Positions 8,962 to 17,836 of a stretch of 64,000 bases of DNA are shown piece by piece; positions within the stretch are counted from its first letter, which is position 1, and each line of letters opens with the position of its first letter. The stretch lies in contig JAJZFJ010000244.1 of assembly GCA_021805395.1 (NCBI GenBank), forward strand, positions 2,543 to 66,542. Direction: 5' to 3'. Below the pieces are notes generated by a model. The model was not told the DNA's origin. It ran no database searches and saw nothing but the letters and a program-made list of their open reading frames with translations. This stretch comes from a bacterium (GTDB lineage Bacteria; Armatimonadota; Chthonomonadetes; Chthonomonadales; Chthonomonadaceae). The position numbers were made by a program, and so were the translations under genes.

Positions 8962-10005
8962 TTGAAACAGTATGAACTTTTAAGCAAAGAGGAGACACTG
9001 CAGAACAGATTGAAGCGAGCAGCTTTAATGGTGAAATCGACACCTGCTAATGTGGCAGCCAGGGCACAGCTGGCCTATCTGCTCTCACTAAGTGGTGATT
9101 TGCACAACGCTGAAACAGAATGGCAGGCAGCAATTCACCTTCAGCCCCATAACCCAGTGCTCTATGTGGGTATGGGTAATACCTATTCTGGCAGCGGCAG
9201 GCTAGATCTTGCAGTCATTGCCTATCAGCATGCAATCCAGTTAAACCCCGATAACGTGGATGCCCTGGTTAATCTCGACAGTATCTATAACAGGCTGCAA
9301 TGGTGGTATCCCGCTGAGACACTGATGGGCGAGGCAATTCGCAGACATCCGAACTCCATGAGAGAGCAGTTAGGCTATGCATCATCACTCTACCTGTCCG
9401 GCGATTACAGGAGATCTCAGTCTCAGATACTTTCTGCACTGAAGATATGGCCTCACAATGAGCGTCTGCTTCTGCCACTGGCAGAGGTCTATCGCATAGA
9501 GGGCAACACAACAAAAGCACAGAAATGTGTGATTGAAGGCTTGCTGCATGATGAAAATTCCACACCGTTGCTTGTTGAGAAAGCCAGAATTCAGCTGACA
9601 ATGGGACAGCCAGAAGAGGCACTGGGAACACTTTTTGAGGTAATGCGTACTGTGCCCGGATCATTACAGATCTACTATATTGCTGCAAAAGCTTATCTAC
9701 TCATGTCCCGGCCAGCAGATTCACTTAAGTATCTGAAAGAGGTCTCACACATACATCCTGATTACCGTCAAACGGACAAAATGATGGGTTCCCTGCTGAT
9801 AAAAGAGGGAGAGGGACATGCTGGAGAATCACTTCTTGCAAGATACAGAGCCATCAGCACCCAGAAGGCTATGATCGAAAAGTTGATTGGTCGAATTACA
9901 AAGAACTTTTCAGACTGGCACGCTCATCTCGCTTTATCGGCTCAGTATTGCAGGCAGCGCAAATACCCGGAAGCTGTGTGGAGTACAGACAGACACTGCT
10001 GCTGA
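8962..10005 (+). CDS. tetratricopeptide (TPR) repeat protein, apparently frameshifted near 9975-9982 (see findings)
   Basis: 347 aa as called, with a TTG start. Multiple TPR-like units (AQLAYLLSLSGDLHNAETEWQAAIHLQPHNP, VGMGNTYSGSGRLDLAVIAYQHAIQLNPDNV...). TPR-like sequence continues in another frame to a TAA at 10101-10103. Confidence 0.75.
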   Translation: MKQYELLSKEETLQNRLKRAALMVKSTPANVAARAQLAYLLSLSGDLHNAETEWQAAIHLQPHNPVLYVGMGNTYSGSGRLDLAVIAYQHAIQLNPDNVDALVNLDSIYNRLQWWYPAETLMGEAIRRHPNSMREQLGYASSLYLSGDYRRSQSQILSALKIWPHNERLLLPLAEVYRIEGNTTKAQKCVIEGLLHDENSTPLLVEKARIQLTMGQPEEALGTLFEVMRTVPGSLQIYYIAAKAYLLMSRPADSLKYLKEVSHIHPDYRQTDKMMGSLLIKEGEGHAGESLLARYRAISTQKAMIEKLIGRITKNFSDWHAHLALSAQYCRQRKYPEAVWSTDRHCC

Positions 10006-10353
10006 ATCCAGGCAATCAAGAAGCGAAGAGCGGGCTAAAGCTGTCAAAGTACCAGATCCAGGTTTCATACACAGGATCGCAACCCGAATCACACCATAGC
10101 TAAGAGCAGCGTTTAGATTGGCCAAATCCCATATAGTTATCAATTTCTCTCTGGTGAATGCATAACGTGGTTTCCCATCTCTGTTCAGCAGCTATATGTA
10201 ACATAAAGCATTAACGAACATTATTCGTATATCGATATGTTTTTTCAGATTCAGCTATAATTTCAGATATCAATTGCAATCTTAAACTCACAAGTGTCAT
10301 AATTCATCTCTTAGCCTACGCTGTACTCATCATCCCGAATTGGAGAGACCCTC

Positions 10354-12027
10354 ATGAACTACAAGACCTTATCCATACTCACCAGTTTTCTTCTGAGTGG
10401 ACTGTTATCTGCGGATGCTTATGCTGCACAGTCTGGAATGCACTCAGATTCGTTCTTCCTAAAGGTGAATGTAAGCGCGAACAGACATCCAATTAGTCCC
10501 CTAATATATGGTCTGAACGATATAGGCTCTGATCCTGATATGTTCGCCGGCTGGAAGGCGATTGGAGTGCCGGTTATGCGATTGGGTGGTGATGCAACTA
10601 CTCGCTATAACTGGAAAATAGATTCTACAAACTCAGGTGGTGACTGGTATTTTATGGCGGGGAACGGTGAGGCAAACCCTGTGCCAAGTGCTTCAGTCGA
10701 TGCGTTCATCAACCGTACGAAGCAGTGTGGTGGAAAAGCGATTGTCACTATACCTATTATCCCATTGATCGACAGTGTCAGCCAGACTAACTGCAGCTTT
10801 CCTGTTTCGCTATTTGGTCCACAACAGTCTGTAAACCCCTACGTACATCCTGTGGTGAATGGGAAGCAGACAGATGCAGGGAACGGGATAAGACAGGATG
10901 GTTCCAAGATAGTCCTGACACCGCAGCAGATGCTAAGAATTAACCAGCCTAACAGCCCGTCTTATCAGGTTGCCTGGGTGAAATATCTTGTGAAAAAGTA
11001 CAAAAATGCAGACCACGGAGGCGTTGCCATTTTTCAGATGGACAATGAGCCGTCAGGCTGGGCAAATACAGACCGGGACGTAGTTCCAGTTCAGCCCGGA
11101 TATAGTGAGATCATAGCTCGAACTTTGCAGTATGCGGCAGCGGTCAAAAAGGCAGATCCAACTGACAGCATATTAGGTCCAAGCGACTTTGGCTGGGCTG
11201 TCTATAAGGGCTCGCCGGAAAAGCATGGTGGGTTGTGGAATGCTGAAAGATATCTTGTCGCCATGAAAGCCTATCAGGACAAGTATGGGGTACGACTCTT
11301 GAACTACTTTGATGAACATTACTATCCTTTCACCCAGACTGGTCAGTCGTCGGGAGCTTTACAGCCTGCAGGGGATGCGGCATCACAGAAGATTCGGCTG
11401 GAGTCAACAAGGTCACTCTGGGATCCAGCATATGTTGAGAAGAACTGGATCGGTCAGTATTCAGGGGCAATCAAGCTCATACCCCGTATGCAGGGATGGA
11501 TTAAAAAGTACTATCCTGGCACCAAGACGGCAATCACAGAATACAACTGGGGTGGTCTGGAATCCATGAATGGGGCAATCACCGAGGCGGATGTACTTGG
11601 CATATTTGGCAGGCAGGGGCTGGATCTGGCTACACTATGGGGTCCACCCACGCCCGATCAGCCAGGCGCATTTGCTTTCAGGATGTACCGCGACTACAAC
11701 GGTGAGGGTGGCCGGTTTGGCAGCGAATCGGTGGAAGCGGACAGCACCAATCAGAATGCATTAGCCATCTATGCAGCTGAACGGCACAGTGACAAAACAC
11801 TCACGTTAATGGTTCTGAACAAGACGCACCATGTAATTACCAGCAGACTGACAATAACAGGATTTCGTGTTGGAGGAGTTATGAAGGGGTATCTTTACTC
11901 ACAATCGGATCTATCTCATATTGTTCCCACGAAAGTGGCAACCCCCGTGAGTGGTACTGGACGCTACTCTTTCCCTGCCTACTCCATCACACTGATTGTT
12001 ATGCACGGTACTAGCGTGAAGGTATAG
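10354..12027 (+). CDS. secreted glycoside hydrolase, GH44-like (clan GH-A)
   Basis: 557 aa with signal peptide ...SGLLSADAYA. ISPLIYGLN and RLGGDATTRYNW resemble the GH44 N-terminal signature as I recall it, and MDNEP is a clan-A catalytic acid context. Family recalled from memory, not searched. Confidence 0.6.
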   Translation: MNYKTLSILTSFLLSGLLSADAYAAQSGMHSDSFFLKVNVSANRHPISPLIYGLNDIGSDPDMFAGWKAIGVPVMRLGGDATTRYNWKIDSTNSGGDWYFMAGNGEANPVPSASVDAFINRTKQCGGKAIVTIPIIPLIDSVSQTNCSFPVSLFGPQQSVNPYVHPVVNGKQTDAGNGIRQDGSKIVLTPQQMLRINQPNSPSYQVAWVKYLVKKYKNADHGGVAIFQMDNEPSGWANTDRDVVPVQPGYSEIIARTLQYAAAVKKADPTDSILGPSDFGWAVYKGSPEKHGGLWNAERYLVAMKAYQDKYGVRLLNYFDEHYYPFTQTGQSSGALQPAGDAASQKIRLESTRSLWDPAYVEKNWIGQYSGAIKLIPRMQGWIKKYYPGTKTAITEYNWGGLESMNGAITEADVLGIFGRQGLDLATLWGPPTPDQPGAFAFRMYRDYNGEGGRFGSESVEADSTNQNALAIYAAERHSDKTLTLMVLNKTHHVITSRLTITGFRVGGVMKGYLYSQSDLSHIVPTKVATPVSGTGRYSFPAYSITLIVMHGTSVKV

Positions 12028-12035
12028 AAAGAAAG

Positions 12036-12656
12036 TTACCGCACTGCTCGAACGTTTGCAATGAAATCCCTCAGCCTGGCAGGATCTTTCTTGCCTGGCG
12101 CACGTTCAACGCCGCTGGACACATCTACTGCAAAGGGGCGAACCGTGGAGACAGCCAATGCCACGTTATCTGGGGTAAGCCCTCCTGCCAGGATGATTGG
12201 CGTGTGGAAGGTGTCGATTACGCGTGTGGCAAGCCCCCAGTTAAACGTTGCTCCTGTCCCTCCAAGGGCACCTGCATGGTAAGCATCCAGCAGCAGAGTG
12301 TGAGGATGGTCGTGCTGTAATATGGAAGCAATCTCATTCAGGCTGCCCTCGTCCTTCACTCGTACAGCGCGAATCAGTTTCATGCCTTGTGGGATGGAGC
12401 TGGATATGGGTGAGTAGATCTGCACAGCCTGAAAGAGCGAGAGATCTGGAACCTGAGCAGTGGAGCTGCACACTGCGACTGCTGTGACAAAAGGTGGTAT
12501 GGAGGACAGGATGGAAGCGATGAGACCGAAATCCTGTACAAATCTTGGAGTATCCGGCACAAAGATGAAGCCAAGGGCATCTGCCCCTAGCTCAACCGCT
12601 AGCCTGGCATCCTCCATGTTCGTGATACCACAGATTTTTATGCGAGTATGAGTCAT
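12036..12656 (-). CDS. trpF: phosphoribosylanthranilate isomerase
   Basis: 206 aa. IKICGIT...DA..AVELGADALGFIFVPDTPRF and the C-terminal VDVSSGVE...PGKKD are classic TrpF. Confidence 0.9.
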   Translation of the reverse strand: MTHTRIKICGITNMEDARLAVELGADALGFIFVPDTPRFVQDFGLIASILSSIPPFVTAVAVCSSTAQVPDLSLFQAVQIYSPISSSIPQGMKLIRAVRVKDEGSLNEIASILQHDHPHTLLLDAYHAGALGGTGATFNWGLATRVIDTFHTPIILAGGLTPDNVALAVSTVRPFAVDVSSGVERAPGKKDPARLRDFIANVRAVR

Positions 12657-12722
12657 CTATGAGTAGTTGTAATTACTTTCTAGTTATTGAATTATCTATA
12701 AATACCCTATTTCAGAGTACAT

Positions 12723-12760
12723 AAAAAAAACCTGCATTCTTTCAAAAATTAGAATGCAGG
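12723..12760 (-). terminator. rho-independent terminator for the pseudopilin / small lipoprotein transcript
   Basis: Perfect 10-bp stem CCTGCATTCT (12731-40) / AGAATGCAGG (12751-60) with a 10-nt loop. On the minus strand it is followed by T8 (A8 at 12723-12730). It lies 40 nt downstream of the 12800 stop. Confidence 0.8.
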
Positions 12761-12799
12761 ACAGATTTTTAATTTCAAACATTTAGACAGGATGGTTAT

Positions 12800-13006
12800 T
12801 TAGCTTTTAGGTGGTGCCACCAACGGTGGGAGTTTATGGTGAGGAAAATTATGTGCAACTGGCGGAGGAGCGACCGCTCCTGGTGGTGGAGGCGGCGCTG
12901 CTGTTTCAGTAGGATCTGAATGACTGCAGCCGCTGCAAATCCACGCTGCACAAAAAATACCTGCAAAATACCTGATACTTTGTTTATGACTCGATATAAG
13001 ACGCAT
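12800..13006 (-). CDS. small proline-rich lipoprotein (68 aa)
   Basis: MRLISSHKQSIRYFAGIFCAAWICSGC/SHSD... has a lipobox-like SGC, then PPPPPGAVAPPPV. Strong SD (AAGGAG-aaaca-ATG). Preferred over the overlapping 12796..13029 frame, which has no such signals. Confidence 0.6.
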   Translation of the reverse strand: MRLISSHKQSIRYFAGIFCAAWICSGCSHSDPTETAAPPPPPGAVAPPPVAHNFPHHKLPPLVAPPKS

Positions 13007-13020
13007 TGTTTCTCCTTTAT

Positions 13021-13045
13021 CCAGCTCATTTACTAAATGAGCTGG
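13021..13045 (-). other. intercistronic stem-loop between the pseudopilin and lipoprotein genes
   Basis: Perfect 11-bp inverted repeat CCAGCTCATTT (13021-31) / AAATGAGCTGG (13035-45) with a 3-nt loop. It is followed on the minus strand by ATAAAGGAG (the SD) rather than a U-tract. Confidence 0.7.
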
Positions 13046-13060
13046 ATGGAAACCTGGAAA

Positions 13061-14002
13061 TTACATATCTGTTCCTGATTTGCTGGTGGACCAAAGATAC
13101 TGGCTTAGATCTGTGATGCCTACAGAACCATCAGGACTGTTTACAGTCCAGTTTGTGCCAGCAGCCAGAGCACCTGGTGTCATCCATTTCGTATGACCAT
13201 CACAGAATGCAACATTCCCACCTCCTGAGTGACGAATGTCGAACTCGTTAGTAGAAGAATCTAGTGAACCGGTAGGTCCACCGATTCCAATGTTACTTTC
13301 AAATGCATCATTATAACCCCATGCATCCAGTCCGCATGCACTGGAATTAGGTCCAAAGTCCGCAGGGGAATCAACCATATTGCTTGGGTAAAATTCTTGT
13401 GTACCAGGACCAGATAAAATTACATTTGGTTTGGTATCTGTGGCAAGAACCGTTTGAGCAGGAACCTGAATCTGAGCATCAGTAACAGGAATTCCAAAAC
13501 TGGCTAATGCATTTGGCAGTAGATCGGCTGGATTACAGTTTGGATCTGGTTGTAGATAGTCGAGATTTAATCCATAGTTTACAAAGTATGAACTCCACGA
13601 TTGATCGCCATTAGTAGGTGTGCCAGACCATTGATGGTAGAAATCAGCCTCAAGGTCTGGACAGTGGAATACTGAAGCTCCTCCTGACAAAGGAGACTTT
13701 ACGTATGGCTCAATGGTAGAGCACCAGTCGAGGTTATTGGGATCATCAAACCACCACCAGCCAGGTTGAATAGCTCCTTTGGCGTCATTGATGACCGGTA
13801 CCATCCGCTCATCGTAATCCTGCTCATACTGAAGAATCCCGAGTGAAATCTGATTGATGTTGGAGAGACAAGCAATTGCGCGTGCCTTTTCTCTAGCCTG
13901 AGCAAAGACCGGGAAGAGGATAGCGGCAAGTATAGCGATGATTGCGATAACAACTAACAGTTCAATGAGCGTAAAACCTTTATTTGTGCAGGTTTTCATC
14001 AT
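13061..14002 (-). CDS. type II secretion/type IV pilin-like pseudopilin with prepilin N-terminal cleavage/methylation motif and C-terminal H-X9-DG (DUF1559-type) domain
   Basis: [40 protein letters not shown], and near the C-terminus [12 protein letters not shown] (H-X9-DG). Start moved to ATG 14002 (SD GAGGAGG-aaaat-ATG), because the 14203 start in the track would overlap the upstream regulator by 143 nt. Confidence 0.85.
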   Translation of the reverse strand: MMKTCTNKGFTLIELLVVIAIIAILAAILFPVFAQAREKARAIACLSNINQISLGILQYEQDYDERMVPVINDAKGAIQPGWWWFDDPNNLDWCSTIEPYVKSPLSGGASVFHCPDLEADFYHQWSGTPTNGDQSWSSYFVNYGLNLDYLQPDPNCNPADLLPNALASFGIPVTDAQIQVPAQTVLATDTKPNVILSGPGTQEFYPSNMVDSPADFGPNSSACGLDAWGYNDAFESNIGIGGPTGSLDSSTNEFDIRHSGGGNVAFCDGHTKWMTPGALAAGTNWTVNSPDGSVGITDLSQYLWSTSKSGTDM

Positions 14003-14060
14003 ATTTTCCTCCTCAGGGCGTCTAAATATTGACGCCATAAAATGTGCTGGCATCTCTGGT

Positions 14061-15236
14061 TCAAATGGGTGGGCATACACCAGAAGCAAGTTTGCACGTT
14101 GATGAGCGAATGAGAAGGGGAGCTTCCAGAACATGGTGTTGTGACGCCTCTGGGAGCATCCCCTGTACCCTCTGCATAAGTAATCGAGCAGCATGTGATC
14201 CAATTCGCTCGAATGGTTGGCATGCAGTGGTTAGGGTAGCATCTGTATGGGTCTCAGTCTCTACCCCGTCAAATCCCGCTAGAGCCATCTCTTGCGGAAT
14301 GCGTATGCCACGGGAAGTCAATACACGCTGCATTCTCATGGCTATAATATCGTTAACAGCAAATATGGCTGTGGGTGGTGATGGAAGGCCAAGCAGCTCA
14401 TCCAGCATCAGGTTTGCTTCCACATCTGTCTGATCAGTGCTCTCACTGTACAGCTTCAGATCAAGTTCCTGGGAATAGGGGATACCGTGTTTTGCCAGGG
14501 CAATCCTGTAACCTTCCCTGCGTTCTTTGACTGTGGATGCAGTGTCCAGGTTACTGATGTGTGCAATTCTGCTGTGTCCCTGGTCAATCAGATGGTTTAC
14601 AACCACCTCCGCTGAGTAGATGTTATCCACACCCACATAATCTGCATCAAAATCTCTGGGCGGTCTTCTATCTATAAACACAAGTGGAATACCTGCCTGC
14701 TTGATGGTGTTCAGCGCGGGAAGGCTTGCACTTCCTCCGAGGCACCACAGGATAATTCCTGTAATGTCTTCATCGCTTGCCATACGCAGCAGAAACTGCG
14801 ACTCGGAGCGCATAGCGGCATCCCAGGAAGGCTCGGTGGCACCTGTAACAATCAGTCTGTAAGCATCATGGTCCAGGCCGCTGTTTATTCCGTTAACAAT
14901 GCTAGCGGTGGGAGCATAACCCGATAGTGGCCAGATCCATAATCCAATCGTCTTTCGACGGGTTCTCATAATAGGAGAGTTATTAGAGGATTCACCTATT
15001 CTGTTCACTACGGGACGGCAGCGTAAAGAACAGGAGATAAGATTTCGATTCTCCAGCTCTTTCACCACAGATTTCACCACATTTCGACTGACGCCAAATT
15101 CCACAGATATCTCTCTCTCACTGGGAAGCCATCTCCCATGAGGATATTCTCCAGACTGGATTCTATACTCTATGGTTTCTGCAATATGTCGAACAGATGG
15201 AGAAACTGAACCAGTTATGGTACCTTTGGTTGCCAT
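14061..15236 (-). CDS. AraR-type transcriptional regulator (GntR-family wHTH N-terminus plus LacI/PBP1-type sugar-binding domain)
   Basis: 391 aa. N-terminus [46 protein letters not shown] is a GntR HTH. The remainder has a LacI-like periplasmic-binding fold pattern (IGLWIWP..., [22 protein letters not shown]). Confidence 0.8.
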   Translation of the reverse strand: MATKGTITGSVSPSVRHIAETIEYRIQSGEYPHGRWLPSEREISVEFGVSRNVVKSVVKELENRNLISCSLRCRPVVNRIGESSNNSPIMRTRRKTIGLWIWPLSGYAPTASIVNGINSGLDHDAYRLIVTGATEPSWDAAMRSESQFLLRMASDEDITGIILWCLGGSASLPALNTIKQAGIPLVFIDRRPPRDFDADYVGVDNIYSAEVVVNHLIDQGHSRIAHISNLDTASTVKERREGYRIALAKHGIPYSQELDLKLYSESTDQTDVEANLMLDELLGLPSPPTAIFAVNDIIAMRMQRVLTSRGIRIPQEMALAGFDGVETETHTDATLTTACQPFERIGSHAARLLMQRVQGMLPEASQHHVLEAPLLIRSSTCKLASGVCPPI

Positions 15237-15684
15237 GATGCGCCAATTATACCAGATACAATAAAAATGTCAAGCGATATTTTTATTTTATTTCCTTTAC
15301 ACGAACTTATTCAGATCATTAACTGGATCCGCTAGCCATGCTGGCATATTTGGTATCTGCTGTTACTTCCCCAGTCATTTATTGTATGGATGTAACAATA
15401 CAGGACATAAAGTTAACGGGCAGTCTAATTTAACCTGATTTCAAAACTGTTCAGTTCTAGTATTAGTTCTAAATATGGGAGTGGTTTTCATTTTCTCGAA
15501 GTATAAATCTGCTTCCCATGCAATTTCATGTTCCGGAACTGTTTAGAGGATATTTATCTATTTTGTAACTGGTTGAGAACAGTTGTAATAAAGATGATGC
15601 GAAAGTGAGGTCACACCGAGTATAATTCTTCCACTGCATTTATTTTAGAGTAATGCAAAACAACTACATGGAGCACTGTTTCCT

Positions 15685-16323
15685 ATGGATTCCGCTGCAC
15701 TAAACGTACTTTGGGCTAACTGCGTGGAGCGTTTGAAGGATCGCAGTACCAGCCAGCCATTCTGGGAGGCTTTAGAAAACTGTAAGCCTATCACCCTGGA
15801 GGATGGCGTTCTGATCCTGGGTCTTTCTGTTTCCAAGTCTAACCTGATGGGATATTTGCAACAGAGCGCCAACCAGCATATTATGCGCGAAGTTACTCAG
15901 GAACTTTTTAATCAGAATCTGGTAGTCAGGGTGATCGAGGGTGATACAGCGGATGACTGGAGCCTTGTTAAAGCGAGAGAGCTGCGGGTTGCCGCCATCA
16001 GGTCAGACGATGGTAAATCCCGAATGGTATCCGATCGTCAGGCAGAAGGCTGGGAGGGGCTCTATGAGCAGATTGCTCGTCTCTATGCTCAGTCACCCAT
16101 GCGGGCAATGCCTCAGGGCAAGGCTCGTTATGCTAACGAAGCGCTCTACGTAGTGTCGGAGGCGATGGATAACCTTTACGGTGCACAGCCCGATGAGATC
16201 GCAGAACGGGGACTTGCAAGGGTATTGGAACGCATCGCAAACGCTTCGGACATTCCTGCATCTGTACTGGCTTTTGAACTGGAGAGACTGCGTGCATGGA
16301 GAGTAACGAACTCCGCAAACTAG
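15685..16323 (+). CDS. DnaA N-terminal (domain I)-like protein without an ATPase or DNA-binding domain
   Basis: 212 aa. Residues about 6-85 (LNVLWANCVERLKDRSTSQPFWEALENCKPITLEDGVLILGLSVSKSNLMGYLQQSANQHIMREVTQELFNQNLVVRVIE) follow the spacing of DnaA domain I (compare B. subtilis [52 protein letters not shown]...). No Walker motifs. Confidence 0.5.
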   Translation: MDSAALNVLWANCVERLKDRSTSQPFWEALENCKPITLEDGVLILGLSVSKSNLMGYLQQSANQHIMREVTQELFNQNLVVRVIEGDTADDWSLVKARELRVAAIRSDDGKSRMVSDRQAEGWEGLYEQIARLYAQSPMRAMPQGKARYANEALYVVSEAMDNLYGAQPDEIAERGLARVLERIANASDIPASVLAFELERLRAWRVTNSAN

Positions 16324-16327
16324 GGAG

Positions 16328-17068
16328 CTAGTCGTTCATCTCTGCCAGGCCAAACAGTCTGTCAGCATTATCAGAAAGTATGCGTCTTCTATCCCCTGGC
16401 CGTAAGTTCAGATCGTCCAGGAGACCTATTAAGGCAGCGGGATCCATTGCAGGCATACCGCTGCCAAATACCATTCTTTGAGGACCAAGTACTTCCAGAG
16501 CATAAGGGATTTTTCGAAGATCAGGAGGTCCTGAGATTTCCAGCATGATATTCGTCATCTGATGAGCCGCGCCAACTGCGGAGCGCCAGTCTGGACCACC
16601 CATACCCAACAACACAAAGCGGTGCATGGTGTAGCTTTTTGCAAGATGGAGTGCAACCTCCACGCAATCTCCATTCGGCGTATGGATATAGATAGGTTTC
16701 TGAAACCTCCGGCAGGCATTTAAAATTTCTTCCGCTATAATTGGCTTTAATGGTTCATTTATAAACTGGTTAACAAGCATTGTGGCAACAAATCTTCGGT
16801 TACCCAGAAGGTCTCTAATGGATTGTATGGATGCTGTTGGACGTCCAAGATGAGCAGTGAGGCAGCCATAGAATTCAGGATGTTCATCCAGTGTGCCCTT
16901 CAGCATCTGGTTTCCTGTGAGAGGATCTACATTTGCCGCATACGCCGAACATACGATAGCACGTTCTATGCCCCGCTTGGCAAGAAGCTCTGAGACTTCG
17001 GAGGCCGAACGGCAGTAGCCTGGAACAAGTATTTCACCCAGGTTAACCCGACAGTCAAATGCGCACAT
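16328..17068 (-). CDS. amidohydrolase-2 (PF04909-like TIM barrel) family protein with a degenerate metal site
   Basis: 246 aa. The C-terminal pattern RMVFGSGMPAMD...ILSDNADRLFGL matches the family ending (ilfGSDyP...NA.rll.l). The N-terminal FDCRVNLG sits where iDcHvH is expected. Confidence 0.6.
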   Translation of the reverse strand: MCAFDCRVNLGEILVPGYCRSASEVSELLAKRGIERAIVCSAYAANVDPLTGNQMLKGTLDEHPEFYGCLTAHLGRPTASIQSIRDLLGNRRFVATMLVNQFINEPLKPIIAEEILNACRRFQKPIYIHTPNGDCVEVALHLAKSYTMHRFVLLGMGGPDWRSAVGAAHQMTNIMLEISGPPDLRKIPYALEVLGPQRMVFGSGMPAMDPAALIGLLDDLNLRPGDRRRILSDNADRLFGLAEMND

Positions 17069-17085
17069 TGTGGTTCACCTTTCTT

Positions 17086-17817
17086 CTATCTTATACCAAG
17101 GGTTCTTATCGCATTTTCCCGCATTACAAGTGATGACGATTTCTCATCCAGTCCGGCTGCCTCTAAAACCTGAAGTGCGGATGCTACTGATCGCACAGGA
17201 GCGCCGCTGCCAAACAGCACCCTTTCAGCTCCCAATGACTGGACCATATATGCTATGGCTCCGGTTGCTATGAGGTGTGATGTCTCAATTAACCACGTGG
17301 GACAGTTTTTCATTACCAGAAATGCTTCCGAGAGGACTGTACTATCTACGGAAGCTAAAATAATCGGTGAGGGATAGTCGTTAGCAAGTGACATTAAAGT
17401 TGTAATCTGACCCGAAGCCGAGATGTCCACCATGATGGGATGGGGTTTTTCCATGCGTTTAAGCAGGCTGAGAATTGCTCGGAAAGGGGCAAAATCGACT
17501 GGCCATTCCTGAATCCCTGGAAAAAAGCGAATCAGACAGCAGTCTTCAATCTGCATTGTGGCCACGGGAGAAAGGGTTCCGTAGAAGCGTTTGGGATTCA
17601 GGGTTGCTACTGGAAGCAGACTGGAGTTACTGGCACAGGTTGCGCGCGTTTGCGTGTTCCCTGTATCTGGATCGATAAGTATGCCAGTGGTGGAAAGCGT
17701 GCATGCGTTACCGATTCCATGACGCTCCATCATGTTCTGGAGAGTCTCAAGTGTCATGTCCGCATTAAGTTGAGGTAAAGATCCGAATAGAGTATTTACA
17801 TCTATAATATCATCCAT
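17086..17817 (-). CDS. amidohydrolase-2-like family protein, paralogue of the downstream gene, with a degenerate metal site
   Basis: IIDVNTLFG at the N-terminus, and RVLFGSGAPVRS...VMRENAIRTLGI at the C-terminus. Start moved to ATG 17817 (MDDIIDVN), because the 17943 start would overlap gltX by 107 nt. Confidence 0.6.
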   Translation of the reverse strand: MDDIIDVNTLFGSLPQLNADMTLETLQNMMERHGIGNACTLSTTGILIDPDTGNTQTRATCASNSSLLPVATLNPKRFYGTLSPVATMQIEDCCLIRFFPGIQEWPVDFAPFRAILSLLKRMEKPHPIMVDISASGQITTLMSLANDYPSPIILASVDSTVLSEAFLVMKNCPTWLIETSHLIATGAIAYMVQSLGAERVLFGSGAPVRSVASALQVLEAAGLDEKSSSLVMRENAIRTLGIR

Positions 17818-17836
17818 TGACTTCTCCAGTTCAGCA

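Noticed and set aside
8790-8987. 65-aa minus-strand ORF between the phosphoesterase and TPR genes
   Set aside because: No SD, a Cys/Thr-rich odd composition, and it overlaps the TPR start. The plus-strand 42-aa TM mini-ORF is slightly more plausible, but that one is also weak.
12796-13029. 77-aa alternative frame overlapping the small lipoprotein ORF
   Set aside because: The 68-aa frame has an AAGGAG SD at ideal spacing and a lipoprotein-type signal. This frame has neither.
14003-14203. N-terminal extensions of four track ORFs: pseudopilin to 14203, amidohydrolase-like to 17943, pckA to 33582, pentapeptide protein to 56018
   Set aside because: Two of the extensions (pseudopilin, amidohydrolase-like) overlap the upstream gene; the pckA and pentapeptide ones only add non-homologous residues. 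In each case an internal ATG preceded by a GGAG-type SD gives the canonical family N-terminus.
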